A DNA stretch of 64,000 nt from Octopus sinensis (lineage: Eukaryota): assembly GCF_006345805.1 (NCBI RefSeq), contig NC_042997.1, forward strand, positions 146,754,001 through 146,818,000, in the 5' to 3' direction. Below the pieces are notes generated by a model, which was given only the letters and a program-made list of their open reading frames with translations, was not told where the DNA came from and searched no databases. Positions 26,621-40,053 of the stretch are shown piece by piece. The position numbers and the translations under genes were made by a program. Within the stretch, counting starts at the first letter, position 1. The number at the start of each line of letters is the position of its first letter.

Positions 26621-27676
26621 TGTAAGAAAATTGAAAATAGTTAAAAACCACTCCTAAAAACAATTTACACTCGAAATATTACCCCTATAACATGTATTTG
26701 AAAAACTAAACAACGAATGCTCCTACACACAATACAAAAACACGCTTTGAAAAGGATCGTGTCGTTCTGTTTATTTTTTTTTTAATTTTATTTAATTAAT
26801 AATTGTTATTATAAGAAAACCTTTTTAATTTGCAACAACATATTTTTAAATGTGTATATTCGTGTTCGTGTGTGTATGTATAGGCATGCGTATATATATG
26901 TGTGTGTATGTATGTATGTATGTATGTATGTATGTATCTATGTATGTATATGCATGTGTTTATATAATATATATATACATACAAGTATGTATGGGTATAT
27001 ATGTATGTGTATACATACACACACACATATATATATATATATATGTGTATATATATATATATATTCAGTCGTAGATACGTAGGTAGATAGATAGATAGAG
27101 AGAGAGAGAGAGATCAGCAAATAATCGTTTTCCGTCGGCAGAGTTTAAAAGAACGCACCCTTTTACTAGAGACTACGAAATCAACTTTCAAGTATAAACA
27201 AAAATGTAATTTACTCTATCTTGAGTTAATTTAACCATTTTGTTTTACGTTTTTACACAAAACTAAAAACAAAAAAAAACATTTATTATAATATAAACAT
27301 ATATCTATGTGTGTGCCTCTGTATGGGCGTATATTTGCTCCTTGCTACTAAGTTTTGATTTTAAACGAAAAATGTAATAAGAAGATAGAGCATAGCCGAA
27401 CATAGGATATTTATTACAATTATATAAAAGGTGCATATGGAGAAAAAATATTCAGCATATTCGTTTATGATAAATATATATACAGATAAATGTTCGATTG
27501 TTTTGAATTCTTTTAATTCCTTACTAACAGAAAAAAACTTAGTTTCTAAGACAAAATAAGGCTCATTCACTAATTCGGTGAAATTTAGACGTCAGCTGGA
27601 TAGGCATATTTCTATGTAAGTATACATGTGTATGTATATAAATATAAACACATACATACATACACATATATATATA

Positions 27677-27711
<35 letters not shown>

Positions 27712-27757
27712 TTCGAATGGTCATTTTGCCAGTTTAGCCAATAAAAAAATCTTGACC

Positions 27758-27819
<62 letters not shown>

Positions 27820-27821
<2 letters not shown>

Positions 27822-28030
27822 AATGTGACCGCGTGTGTATCGTTGGTGATTTTTTTCCTCCGTCTCCCCTTCCTTGGATCTTTCCTTTTCATATGTTTCT
27901 GACGAAGAGCTCCGCTCGAAACGTTAAGTCTTCCTTCTTTCTTTCCTTTCCTGAGCGTCCAATAACACTATACTTGTTCCACGTCCTCGCGTTGTTGTGA
28001 TTTTGTGTTTTCATGTTTGGATTAACTATA
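27820..28030 (+). mobile_element. ~210-bp hammerhead-bearing non-coding element ending in (TA)n (PLE pLTR-like)
   Basis: Second copy at 58960-59160; both end GTTTGGATTAAC-TATATA. Confidence 0.75.
27895..27929 (+). ncRNA. Minimal type I hammerhead ribozyme motif
   Basis: GTTT-CTGACGA-A-GAGC-TCC-GCTC-GAAAC-GTT-AAGT. Stem III is reduced to the palindrome ACGT. Confidence 0.7.
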
Positions 28031-28031
28031 T

Positions 28032-28102
<71 letters not shown>

Positions 28103-28820
28103 CATAGATAGATAGATATAAATATGTGTATGTGTGTGTACAGAGAGAAAGAGAGTGAGCATTCTGTATAGTTTAATGTGTAGAAAGTCAGACAATTGCA
28201 GTATTCGCCACCAGAGAGCATCTCGTATAGACGTACAGTGCTAAACAAAAATACAGATGTATATCAGTAGCACACAAAAAATGTCTAGCATCGGTGGAGA
28301 AATTGCTAAATCCAGATTTCTGCTTCTTTGAGCCTCAGCAGCAGCAAGTATATTTTGTGATCGATCTCTGAAGCACTTAAATGTTTTTATAATTTGTTTC
28401 GTGTAACGAAAGCATAGCGGACAACACTATTCAAGTTAAGGACTGGCGAAGGCAGCAAAAAGAAAGATACTGGTAAGAGCAGCCTTAGACCGGAAAATCC
28501 AAAGAAATCCAGGGGCATGTCCTGCAGGCCATGCTAATTTTGTTGTTTACGTGGGCCCACCAGCTCAAGTTGTTATTGATGGTTTCTCAAAGGTCTGAAG
28601 TAGTGTTTGATGCCACAAGGTTTTCACCCGAAGAAGGGAATGTTTGCTAAAATGTAACCTCTTTATCGAAGTGGATCAGTTCAAATTTATCCTCTTTTAA
28701 CAGCATATTGTACCTGAATTCATTTCCTACATACGTTCATGCTTTTTCGCTGGTAATGCTTTTCTGTGTATATATAAAAATGTACACATTTTCCCAAATA
28801 AAATTGCACTTCATGTTCGA

Positions 28821-28893
28821 AGCTCTAACGAAGCTGTACTCAAGCATTCAAATATAAGTGAACTAGATCTTATTGTAGAAACAGCTGTAAGCT
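28821..28893 (+). ncRNA. Degenerate hammerhead motif (G5 to A)
   Basis: AGCT-CTAACGA-..-GAAAC-AGCT-GTA-AGCT. Stem I is AGCT/AGCT, stem III is the palindrome ACAGCTGT, stem II is poor. Confidence 0.45.
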
Positions 28894-29133
28894 AATGAAG
28901 TTCTTTTCGTTTTTTCCTTTGTCATTCTCATTTCTTATTATCGCTCTGAACTCGACGGACGATTCGTTCTGAAGCATATGTATATTCAGCTCTAACGCAT
29001 GTATGTGTGTATGTCAGTATTCAGTTTAATTTCAAGATTTCTTGCCAATAGAGAAAGAGTCAGTTTCTAACCTAGATTCAAGACACCTTCATTGGAATTT
29101 CAACATCAACAACAGGGTAGTTTTGTTTGTGTG

Positions 29134-29218
<85 letters not shown>

Positions 29219-30635
29219 ATGCATGCATGCATGTATGTATGTATGTATGTATGTATGTATGTATGTATGTATGTATGTATGATTGTATGTGTGCATATGT
29301 GCAGATTTGTATGTTTTGCTTTATGTATGTATTCTCATGCATATAGTTGCATATCTAGACATGCTCATATATATTTAAATGCTAAACTTCCGGAAAGTTT
29401 TACAGATTTTTACAGTTCCAGTGATGGATTGAATCTGTAGGCTTCGAATTAGCTTTCTCCTTTCTGGTTTTGCGAAGTCTAATTTCTCAAGATTGATATT
29501 TAGGCAGTGTGTTACATATCCTAGGATCCCAATAGTGTATGTATATATGTATGTATATTATATATACGTGTGTGTTTGCATATAATATATTACATATATA
29601 AATGTAGTATGTGTGTGTGTGTATGTGTGTGTGAGTGTGTGTGTGTGTTAAAGATAAGGAGAGGGAAACAGACACAGCCAGGCAGAGAAACAGTACTAAC
29701 ACGTGTTTGCCTACTAAACTCTGCTAAAGAAAGAGGCCAATCAACAGCTATGATTAAATACCAGACTAAATTATATATATTAACGTTCTGAACCCAAACT
29801 CATCATTGTTGACTGATTTTATTTTTCCCCGTTCCTGGAATTGAAAAAGAGAGTAATAATGATAATTATCTGTAGTAGAACTGGTGTCTGTTTTTGAAAC
29901 TCCTTCCTATCGACCTGAGTCGAAGTTAAAAATCAGTATTTACATTCCATTCTACACGATGAGGGTTCAATACTCATTTCTTCTGTCCTTCTGATTATTA
30001 GGAAGAAATATATGACAGATACCCTCTTATATAACCTAGCGCTGCAATATTGGTATTTTGTTCTCGCAAGACCTGTAAGAAATATCAGTCAAATCCAAAT
30101 CACGTGCTCTTGTCTAAAACAAAAGAAAAAGATATCAAATAATATAATTTAGATGTCCAGCTATGTCCCCAAAATGTCAAGATGGTCGCAGAATGAATGT
30201 ATTTGATGACAGTTCCGTTCGTTCGGGGTTAGACTAATGTTAAACAGCAAACAACACCATTAAACCCAACAGGTTATCACCAATGTTGCTACACCTACTA
30301 CATTCAATACGAACACCATCGCTAGCTATATATATATATAAGTATAAGAAAATGGAGATTGGGAAATTAATAATCATCATCCCTTAGGGATGATGATTAT
30401 TTTGCTGTTAATAATAAACGATTATTAACTTTCCAATCTCCATTTTCTTTCTCTTTTTTATATGAATATAAACTATATCTTTTTATATATATGTGTATTA
30501 TTTTAAGGAAATTAATTCCACCAAAATATTAGGTATTGAACCAGTATTTCCCTGGATGAAACCAACTCTTCATTAGGTTAACACAATCTCTAATTGAGTT
30601 TAAATATATTTATACATAGGCGTAGAAGTGGCCCA

Positions 30636-30920
30636 TAGGCACAGGAGTGACTGTGTGGTGAGAAGCTTGCTTCCCAACCACATGGTGCCGGGTTCAGTTC
30701 GACTGCTGGCACCTTGGATAACTTATCTTCTACGATAATTTGGGCCGACCAAAGCCTTATGATTTGGTAGATGGAAACAGAAAGAAGACGTCGTGTGTAT
30801 CTATATCTATATATATATATATATAATATAATATATATATATATATATATATACATACATACATACATACATACATACATACATACTATATACATACGTG
30901 TATATATATATATAATATAC

Positions 30921-30995
<75 letters not shown>

Positions 30996-31091
30996 ATTTC
31001 GGAATGGTCATTTTGCCAGTTAGCCAATAAAAACACACGCACTATATAGTTGGTGTTACTTTGCACAACAAACATATAAACGTATATATAC

Positions 31092-31142
<51 letters not shown>

Positions 31143-31378
31143 TATATATTATATATATAAATGTTTGGGTGTCTGGTTATGTAGTCCCCCACACTATCGC
31201 TTAACAACCGATGTTGGTGTATTTAAGTCTCCGTAATATACCGGTTCGGCAAAGAGAAATCAATAGAATAAGTACTAGGCTTACAACGATAAGTCCTGGG
31301 ATCGATTTGTTCGACTAAAGCCGGTTCTCCAGCATGGCCGCAGTCAAATAATTGAAGCAAATATAAAAATAAAAGAAT
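30636..31378 (+). mobile_element. Family-A SINE expanded by internal (TA)n and a small insert
   Basis: Head GGCACAGGAGTGACTGTGTGG; tail CCAGCATGGCCGCAGTCAAA. Confidence 0.75.
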
Positions 31379-31385
31379 ATGTAAT

Positions 31386-31471
<86 letters not shown>

Positions 31472-31594
31472 TGTATATATATATACATATATAAGAATAT
31501 ATATAGAAAAATAAGAATATAGAGATTAATCAGTTCTATATTTAATAGATGAGGATTATGTATGATTATTTACATTCGACGGATATTTGTCCTT

Positions 31595-31835
31595 ACATTT
31601 GCGAAGCGTTGTATTACTCTTGAATACTGTCCTGATGTCATATGGGCCGCATATCTTTTGTATCTTTTAGGGAAGGCCTTTCACATATGGTAGACAGACT
31701 GTGGACAATGTTTTAGGCACTGAGCAATCCCTCTCTTTTCACTGGATGGTGGGGATTGAAGTTGAGGTATCGTCCAGTAAAGGTCGGCTTGCGGTATACG
31801 GATGTCCAGAATAACGAACTGTTGAGCATCAACAC
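31595..31835 (-). pseudogene. Penelope-like RT thumb-domain fragment
   Basis: TSVYRKPTFTGRYLNFNPHHP..K.G. is the PLE VYRKPT..YL...S.HP motif. Confidence 0.8.
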
Positions 31836-31878
31836 TACGCTAACAACATACGGCGTAGTGGTTAAGAGCGCGGGGTAC

Positions 31879-31934
31879 AACAACAACAACAACAATGAGG
31901 ATGATGGTGGTGGTGGTGGTGGTGATGATGATGG

Positions 31935-31977
<43 letters not shown>

Positions 31978-31984
31978 AATGATG

Positions 31985-32049
<65 letters not shown>

Positions 32050-32065
32050 AAAAATAATAATAATG

Positions 32066-32120
<55 letters not shown>

Positions 32121-32128
32121 CAACAACA
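31879..32128. repeat. Compound trinucleotide microsatellite (AAC)(GGT)(GAT)n(AAT)n(AAC)
   Basis: Directly visible. Confidence 0.95.
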
Positions 32129-32175
32129 TCGAAAAATACCTTAGGAATGAGAACCCAGGTTCGAAATTTCACCAA

Positions 32176-32221
32176 GACACCTGAAGAAGGCCGGCGGGTA
32201 TATCAGCCGAAACGTTGTGTT
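32176..32221 (+). ncRNA. Minimal type I hammerhead ribozyme motif
   Basis: GACAC-CTGAAGA-A-GGCCGG..TCAGCC-GAAAC-GTT-GTGTT. Stem I GACAC/GTGTT, stem II GGC/GCC, ACGT palindrome. Confidence 0.75.
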
Positions 32222-32492
32222 AACAGGAAACAAGATGAGGACAAATATCCGTCAAATGTAAATAATGTAAATAAGAGATTAATCAATTAATAATTATATT
32301 TAGTAATTATATTTATTAATTGATTAATCTTTATTTTCTTATTTTTCTTAAATAAATATAAAACCTCGGTTTATCTAATGACTTATCATTTATGAGATGA
32401 AAATCAATATTCAAAACAAACTAGATAATAAACCAGTAAATTCATGGCTCTTATTATCCCTTAATGAGGCTTATTTAACCTCTAATTGAACT

Positions 32493-32531
<39 letters not shown>

Positions 32532-32560
32532 ATATATATATATATATATATTATATATAA

Positions 32561-32617
<57 letters not shown>

Positions 32618-32634
32618 TATATACATATAATATT

Positions 32635-33027
32635 CTTTTATTCATTTACTTGTTTTAGTCTTTTGACTGCGGCTGTGATGGAGCATCGCCTTGAAGAGTT
32701 TAAGTCGAAGGGATTGACTCCAGGACTTATTCTTTGTAAGTCTAGTACTTTTTCTATCGGTCAATTTTGCCGAACCGCTAAGTTACGGGGACATTAACAC
32801 ACCAAAACCAGTTGTCAAGCTGTGACAGGGGGAAAGACACAGACACAAACACACACAAACATATACACACACAAACACATAAATATACGATAAGTTTCTT
32901 TCAGTTTCCGTCTACCAAATCCACTCACAAGGCTTTGGTCAGCCCGAGCTTATAGTAGAAGACACTTGCCCAAGGTGCCACGCAGCGGGACTGAACCTGG
33001 AACCATATGGTTGGGAAGCAAGCTTCA

Positions 33028-33030
<3 letters not shown>
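32635..33030 (-). mobile_element. Family-A SINE whose 5' part is inversely duplicated at 33170-33227
   Basis: SINE consensus match, plus an inverted copy across (TA)n(GA)n. Confidence 0.8.
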
Positions 33031-33126
<96 letters not shown>

Positions 33127-33734
33127 TATATATCATATAATTTCTCTCTCTCTCTATATATATATATATATGGTAAGAAGCTTGCTTCCCAACCATATGG
33201 TTCCAGGTTCAGTCCCGCTGCGTGGCAATATAAAGCCGAAAAAAAGAAAACTTCAGTTGTCACTAATAGTGTCTGGGGGTGCAAGGTAACACCAACATTG
33301 CTAGAAACAAAAGTCATTGACCCTTATAGCCACAAGAAGCACATTATCCATGGACTGATAGGAGAGGTAACCGCCCCACAGCGTGCGAGGTTACTATACT
33401 AGCAAGCCAGTTTCGCTTGGAATTAAAGCTCTCCAGTAGTGATACTCCATCGCTGATGGTCAAGCTAAATCCTACTTGTCATTATACAGTATTTATCAAA
33501 TGAATCAATAGATGATTCAGCAAAATGTAATGTATGTACGTATGTACACACACTTACATACATAAGGTGCGAGCAGTATTTGAGGATACTTGATTATCAG
33601 TATCTTATTTTCTTCGAACCTATTAAAACCTTTATATCTTTTTCATTTCCCCAATGGCTGGTAGAATGCTAACAAGAAATAAAATATTTGCAATCATTGT
33701 TGGAATATGTACGGAACACGCTTATTTAGAAATT

Positions 33735-34250
33735 GGTAATTGATCTTTTGTACGCAAAGTTCGGATGGAATTGGAAGCCTCCGACGAGAATGTTTCAGCT
33801 GTAGCAAGAAGGAGAGATACATGCTAAACGTTCGGACACTATAAGAATACTGCAATTCATCCAACGGATTCAAAATGTTATTGGTGATGATCCCAGAAAA
33901 CCAATCAGGGTATTTGAATGGAGTATCAGAGCCGTGGTATTTGAATGGAGTATCAGAGCTGTGGTACAGAAGGACATTTGATACAAGTCACATGTACTGA
34001 GATGATACCAATTCATGTGTACAAAAATACGGGAAAACCATTTGATCCGTGCCAAGCGGTTCCATGGATTACTACATTTGAAGCATTGTTGAAAGAGAAC
34101 TAATCGAAATCCTCACAATAATATAGCTTCACTGAAGGCTTCCATTCCCAAGGTAATGTCTGAAATGAATAAGGACAATTTAGTGCAGGGATATCAACGA
34201 TTACGGTCCGTATTGAAGGGGTCATCGAAGCTGAAGACTGGTTTATAAAA
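33735..34250 (+). mobile_element. Internally deleted Tc1/maT-like transposase remnant
   Basis: KVRMELEAS..RSDTIR..FIQRIQNVIGDDPRKPIR..IRAVVQKDI*YKSHV, and C-terminal RIEGVIEAEDWFI. Confidence 0.6.
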
Positions 34251-34435
34251 ATCGAGAACATGTGCACAATTTTCTCTTTATATATATTTAGTTTTTGCAA
34301 AATTAGATTTGTTTTATCAAATTAGGAAAATGTCCTCATATACCACTCATAAACTGTACATGAACGTATATGAGTATATATTCACACACATACAAAAACC
34401 ACACACACATACATGTGTGTACGTATTCATATGTA

Positions 34436-34522
<87 letters not shown>

Positions 34523-34594
34523 ACTAATAAAACATATGCATATATATAAACATATATGTACGTACGCTACCTCTACATGTACAATACACGCTAT

Positions 34595-34815
34595 ATGAGT
34601 ACAGGACACCAAAAAGACGTCGAACACAATGAGAAACGAAAACATAGACACAAAAACCAAGGAACTGACATTTTTTTAGACAACAACAAAATAGAGTACA
34701 GGACAATTAACACAAAGAAAAAACCCCTTCTTCAGTCGCTATGGTTTCATCTACTCTACGTTTCGAAGGTGAAAGCGAGACGTATCTTCGACAAGAAACT
34801 TTCCTTCCTGCAGGC
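34595..34815 (-). mobile_element. Non-coding (TA)n-associated element family (related copies 49755-50040 and 59478-59790)
   Basis: Shared terminus ATG(A/G)GTACAGGAC and internal ACAGGACAA..CCTTC(T/A)TCAGT..TTTCGA. Confidence 0.55.
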
Positions 34816-34830
34816 GTAGTGTGAGGCTTA

Positions 34831-35220
34831 TAGGCGCAGAAGTGGCTGTCTGATAAGAAGCTTGCTTCCTAACCACATGGTTCCAGGTTCAGTCCCCACT
34901 GCGTGGCACCTTGGGCAAGTGTCTTCTACTATAGCCTCGAGCCAACCAAAGCCTTGTGAGTGGATTTGGTAGACGGAAACTGAAAAAAAGCCCGTCGAAT
35001 ATGTGCGTGTGTGTATATTTGTGTGTGTGTGTGTGTGTGTTTTTCCCCCGCCATCGCTTGACAACTGATGCTGGTGTGTCCCTGTAACTTAGCGGTTCGG
35101 CAAAACAGACCGATAGAATAAATACTAAGCTTACAAAGAATAAGTCCTGGGGTCGATTTGTTCGACTAAAGGCGGTGCTCAGCATTGTCGCAATCAAATA
35201 ACTGAAACAAGTAAAAAAAA
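34831..35220 (+). mobile_element. Family-A SINE
   Basis: Full head-to-tail match. Confidence 0.85.
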
Positions 35221-35307
35221 ATAGCTGAAGCTAGAGAGAAATATATGTGTATATATATTATGCGCATATATATACGTATGTGTAATTTTACGTATGCATG
35301 TGCGTAT

Positions 35308-35391
<84 letters not shown>

Positions 35392-36436
35392 TATATATAG
35401 ATATATGTATGTATATATACATACATATACACATACACACACCACACACACACTATATATATATGTATATATATATGTATATACATATTTATATCCATGT
35501 ATATATGTGTGTGTGTGTGTATAACTATATGCATGTCTATACATACATATAATGAGCAAATTATCTCTATTTTATTGGTTACATGGTACAAAAGGATTAA
35601 TGTGTTCCTGCCAAAACCGAGGCAAAGGTAAATAAATGCATGGTCCCGATGCTACGAACGTAAGTGACATTCAGATTTATGCGTTCTGAAGCTGCATTTA
35701 CGTAAGTGTAATAAAAAGAAACTCAAGAAATATTGTTATAGAAATAATCAATTATGTTCATATTTAAATGCTCATGCATTCGTTAAAACAATAGATGTAT
35801 AGTTCCTTTTTATTACGTTTAAGCGAATGTCGCTTTATGCATAGATTAAAATGTCGCTTATGTTTGTATCATCGAGACCTTCCATATATTTACTCTATGT
35901 CTGAAATTTAGAGTAAAATAATCCACCCTCACCAGAAGTACCATCTGCCGTGTTAATTATCTTAAAATCTACATGCTCTCATTATGCGTCTATGTTTTAC
36001 TATGTGTTAGCATATTTTAGTGTATTGGGTTTTTGTCACTATGTTTTATTGTATTTGTATGGCAGGCCTCTGTGTGCCTGAGATCATTTCTACTCGTAAT
36101 CTTTACTTTTCCCTATAAATAGAGCCACCTGCTATACTTGACAGCAAGTAATGGTTAAAACGTTTTCTCCATGTCTTCTGTTATTCAATCAGACCGTTAA
36201 CATTTACCACTTTTATTGATGTTACTATAACATAACCTTCACTTAACAAACAATAATTGAGATATTTTAACCTATCTACATATTTCACTCGAATAGAAAA
36301 CACATAATACACAACTATGCATGCATGTATATATAAATGTATGCACTGTCTACATATGAGTTTGCGCAGGTTTGTATCTGTACATTTCTCTCTCTCTTCC
36401 TCTCTCCCTCTCTCTCTCTCTTTCCCTTTTCTTCTC

Positions 36437-36768
36437 TGAAGCTTGCTTCCCAGCCTCCTAGTTCCCAGTGCGTGGCACCTTGGGCAAGTATCTTCTACTA
36501 TAACCTCGGGTCGACCAAAGCCTTATAAGTGTGGCTTATAGGCGCAGGAGTGGCTGTCTGATAAATAGCTTGCTTCCCAACCACATGCTTCCAGGTTCAA
36601 TCCCACTGCGTGGCACCTTGGGCAAGTATCTTGTACTATAGCCTCGGGCCAACCAAAGCCTTGTGAGTGGATTTAGTAGACGGAAACTGATAGAAGCTGT
36701 CGTATACATATGTACAGCAGTTCAAAATAATGGAAACACCTTAAAATTTCAAACAATTTTTCAAACCC

Positions 36769-36834
<66 letters not shown>

Positions 36835-37480
36835 GTGTGTGTGTGTGTGTGTGCCCTCGTGTTTGTTCCCCACCATCGCTTGACAACCGATGGTGGTGTG
36901 TTTAAGTCCCGTAACTTAGCAATTCGGTAAAATTGACCGATATAAGTACCAGTACTTGGAAAAAAGAGTCCTGGGGTCGATTCATTCGACTAAAATTCTT
37001 CAAGGCGGTGCCCCAGCATGGCCACTGTCTAAACAAGTAAAAGATAAAGGATAAAAGATATATAATATACACATATAGGCGTAGGAGTGGCTGTGTGGTA
37101 AATAGCTTGCTTACCAACCACATGGTTCCGGGTTCAGTCCCACTGCGTGGTACCTTGGGTAAGTGTCCTCTACTATAGCCTCGGGCCGACCAAAGCTTTG
37201 TGAGTAGATTTGGTAGACGGAAACTGAAAGAAGCCCGTCGTATATATGTTTATATGCATGTGTGTGTGTGTCTGTGTTTGTCCCACTCAACATCGCTTGA
37301 CAACCGATGCTGGTGTGTTTACGTCCCCGCAACTTAGCGTTTCGGCAAAAGGGACCGACAGAATAAGTACTAGGCTTCCAAAGAATAAATCCTGGGGTCG
37401 ATTTGCTCGATCGACTAGAGGTGGTGTTCCAGCATGGCCACAGTCAAATGACTGAAACACGCAAAAGAGTAAAGAGTAAG
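36437..37480 (+). mobile_element. Tandem cluster of family-A SINEs (partial plus two full copies at 36539 and 37076)
   Basis: Repeated GGCG(C/T)AGGAGTGGCTG heads and CCAGCATGGCC tails. Confidence 0.85.
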
Positions 37481-37962
37481 AGTATGTATATAGTATATAA
37501 AATATGCATATATACATGCATATACACACTCATACATACATACATGTGTGTGTGTTCGCGCGAGCACGTGTGTCTAGTATATAATATTTGCACTTTATAA
37601 ACAATATGTGTATAGATGATGGTTGTTCACTCGTGACCAAGGAAGAACAATACTGATCACTGAGAATGCTGTGCACTCAGACAGGATTATTCTTTACACT
37701 TGTGTCCTCGATGATTAAGGAACCCAGCTCTTGATAGACATACACATCCGCTGACGCTGCAAGCAAAATTGCCCCATTCACCAAACTGGCATTTAAATCA
37801 AAGAAAAATCATTAAATACAGATACTGCAAAAATCACCTAGTCCATAACTGAGTGGTGCCACACTTCATCCGACTAGAACCATATATATATAAAAGAATT
37901 TTTTGCGCGATAAGATAAAAAAAAAACCAAGGCTGTATAGATATTAGAGCATTTATAGATAG

Positions 37963-38014
37963 GTATTACAGCTGTTTCTTGGATATTTATTAATAATATG
38001 CCTTCATCGGAGAC
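37963..38014 (-). ncRNA. Degenerate hammerhead motif
   Basis: Minus strand reads GTCT-CCGATGA-AGG..CCAA-GAAAC-AGCT-GTA-ATAC; same ACAGCTGT stem III as 28821. Confidence 0.5.
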
Positions 38015-38056
38015 GGTGTGAGAGGAAAGTTAAGTCATAGTTAGTTTAGATGCGAT

Positions 38057-38208
<152 letters not shown>

Positions 38209-38219
38209 ATATATATAAG

Positions 38220-38490
38220 GAGAATTCACACAAAAAAACAACAGCAAAAGACGAAGACCGGTGTGTAGACAACAAACAGATGTATTAGTACAACGCTCGG
38301 GAAGAAAAAGTCTTAAACGTTCGAGCCTACGCTCTTCCACAAAAAGGAACACAGAAAGAAACAAGGCGAGAAAATAAAGAATGTGTAGTGGCTAGCGATT
38401 CTATCATGGAATGCCGGACAGAAGGTTCACACAGGAGAGCAAGGGTGAAGGGGAGATGATAAAGTAGTGGTGACCCCAAAACAAAGGTGC
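38220..38490 (-). mobile_element. PLE pLTR-like element with decayed hammerhead (38313-38345), abutting a PLE ORF fragment
   Basis: Minus strand reads TGTGGA-A-GAGC-GTAG-GCTC-GAACGTT. Layout resembles 27820-28030; runs into (TA)n. Confidence 0.55.
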
Positions 38491-38509
38491 ACATAAACAC
38501 TTAGTGTTA

Positions 38510-39260
38510 TCTTTGCCTCTAATGTTCCTAAACCAGTGTAGTATTTCAAAAGAATAAGACCATAAATCTAGCCTAATCCTATTCCTAAGGCTGGGTATGT
38601 GCCTGTCACTAATCAGTTTACTTAATCTTCCTAAGTTCGACTTGGACGTGCATATAAGCCTGACCGTGGGTTTATTGTAATGTTGAGTTAGTAGTCCTTT
38701 AAAGTAATCCGTGGGATCCTAGCTTGGTACGGTTCCACTGTCATTTATACCAAGTTCGCACATAATCCACTTTGTTCTCTTAATAATATTAAGTAATGTA
38801 TTCCCCATTGTAACCCTATAGTCATTTAAAATCGCCTTTCTAATTAAATTGTTATAATCCTTGTAAACCATGTGGTATACATTTCCTGCTTTATCCGAGT
38901 GCACTAGTATTCTAGGTTTGCTGTTAATCTCTTTGCATGTTTTGGTGTAATTTCCTGGGGTATGGATTCCGTCTTAATGAGTGTTTTTTTGGAATTTTAT
39001 CTTCCTAATTATGTTCCATATCTCTACCTCAAACTTAGCCAGACGTGGACTGAAAGATGGGTTTCCTCTGCGTCAAAATTCATTCTTCCAGTCTGCTTTG
39101 TTTCATTGTTCCTATCACCCTGGTTGTCATTTTCGAAGTGGTATGCTTTCCCCCCGATTGTTCTTTAAAGTGCATTGGGTTTTTTTCATCATGGATTTAA
39201 GGAGCTCTTTTTTGGATGGTACATGGATGTCATGAGAGATACGTCTATATGTAGAATTTC
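38510..39260 (-). pseudogene. Penelope-like element N-terminal / RT-start fragment
   Basis: DIHVPSKKELLKSM, SDKAGNVY..YNNLI, RITLKDY and NKPTVRLICTSKSNLGRLSKLI..LW..ILHWF match the PLE FITLKDHK..RLINP.KS.IG.ISK signature. Confidence 0.8.
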
Positions 39261-39574
39261 CGTTAATAGAGTATTTTGTCCTAAGCTTGCAATAAGTAAG
39301 TATGTGAAATGTTAAAACAGAGCTAATAGTGATAATCACTCCGGGTAAAATACTTCTTAAGTTCACTGTTGGCACACCAGGCTAAAAGTATTATTAAAAT
39401 TAGTGAAGATCTCCAGGTATTCTTATGGCAGGGTCCAAGGTTTTAGTTCATCACAATTCTATATTGTAAATCTGTGGATGGACTCCAGAGAAACTAATTT
39501 TCACGCCGTGATATATAAAAGGTAAGTTAAAAATAATGGTCATCGCATATTTTTAACTTGCTTCATATATATAT

Positions 39575-39635
<61 letters not shown>

Positions 39636-39883
39636 TACATACATACACATAGACACACATATGTGCATATATTTACATGTGTATGTGTATGCACGCCATT
39701 TGATATGACTCGGTATTTTTTTAATATCTACTGCCCAAAGCGAGCTCTTCTCAACAACACACAGTAATGAGTATTACCTTATACGGGTCAGATATGTCCT
39801 AAACATATTCGAACTGGTTTAAATGTTTGTTTACTCATACCACTGCTTTCATTTGCCTACTACAATATTAAAGCATGTGCATA

Positions 39884-39914
<31 letters not shown>

Positions 39915-39929
39915 ATATATTATATATAT

Positions 39930-39986
<57 letters not shown>

Positions 39987-40022
39987 TCTGTCTCTCTGTA
40001 TGCATTATGTATTTGCATCTTG

Positions 40023-40053
<31 letters not shown>

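Noticed and set aside
31852-31878. tRNA-like GGCGTAGTGGTTAAGAGCGCG
   Set aside because: Only an A-box / D-arm fragment (SINE head) with no cloverleaf. The other SINE heads are likewise not tRNA genes.
31713-32290. Poly-D/N, poly-L/S and poly-M/I proteins
   Set aside because: A compound trinucleotide microsatellite fused to a PLE fragment.
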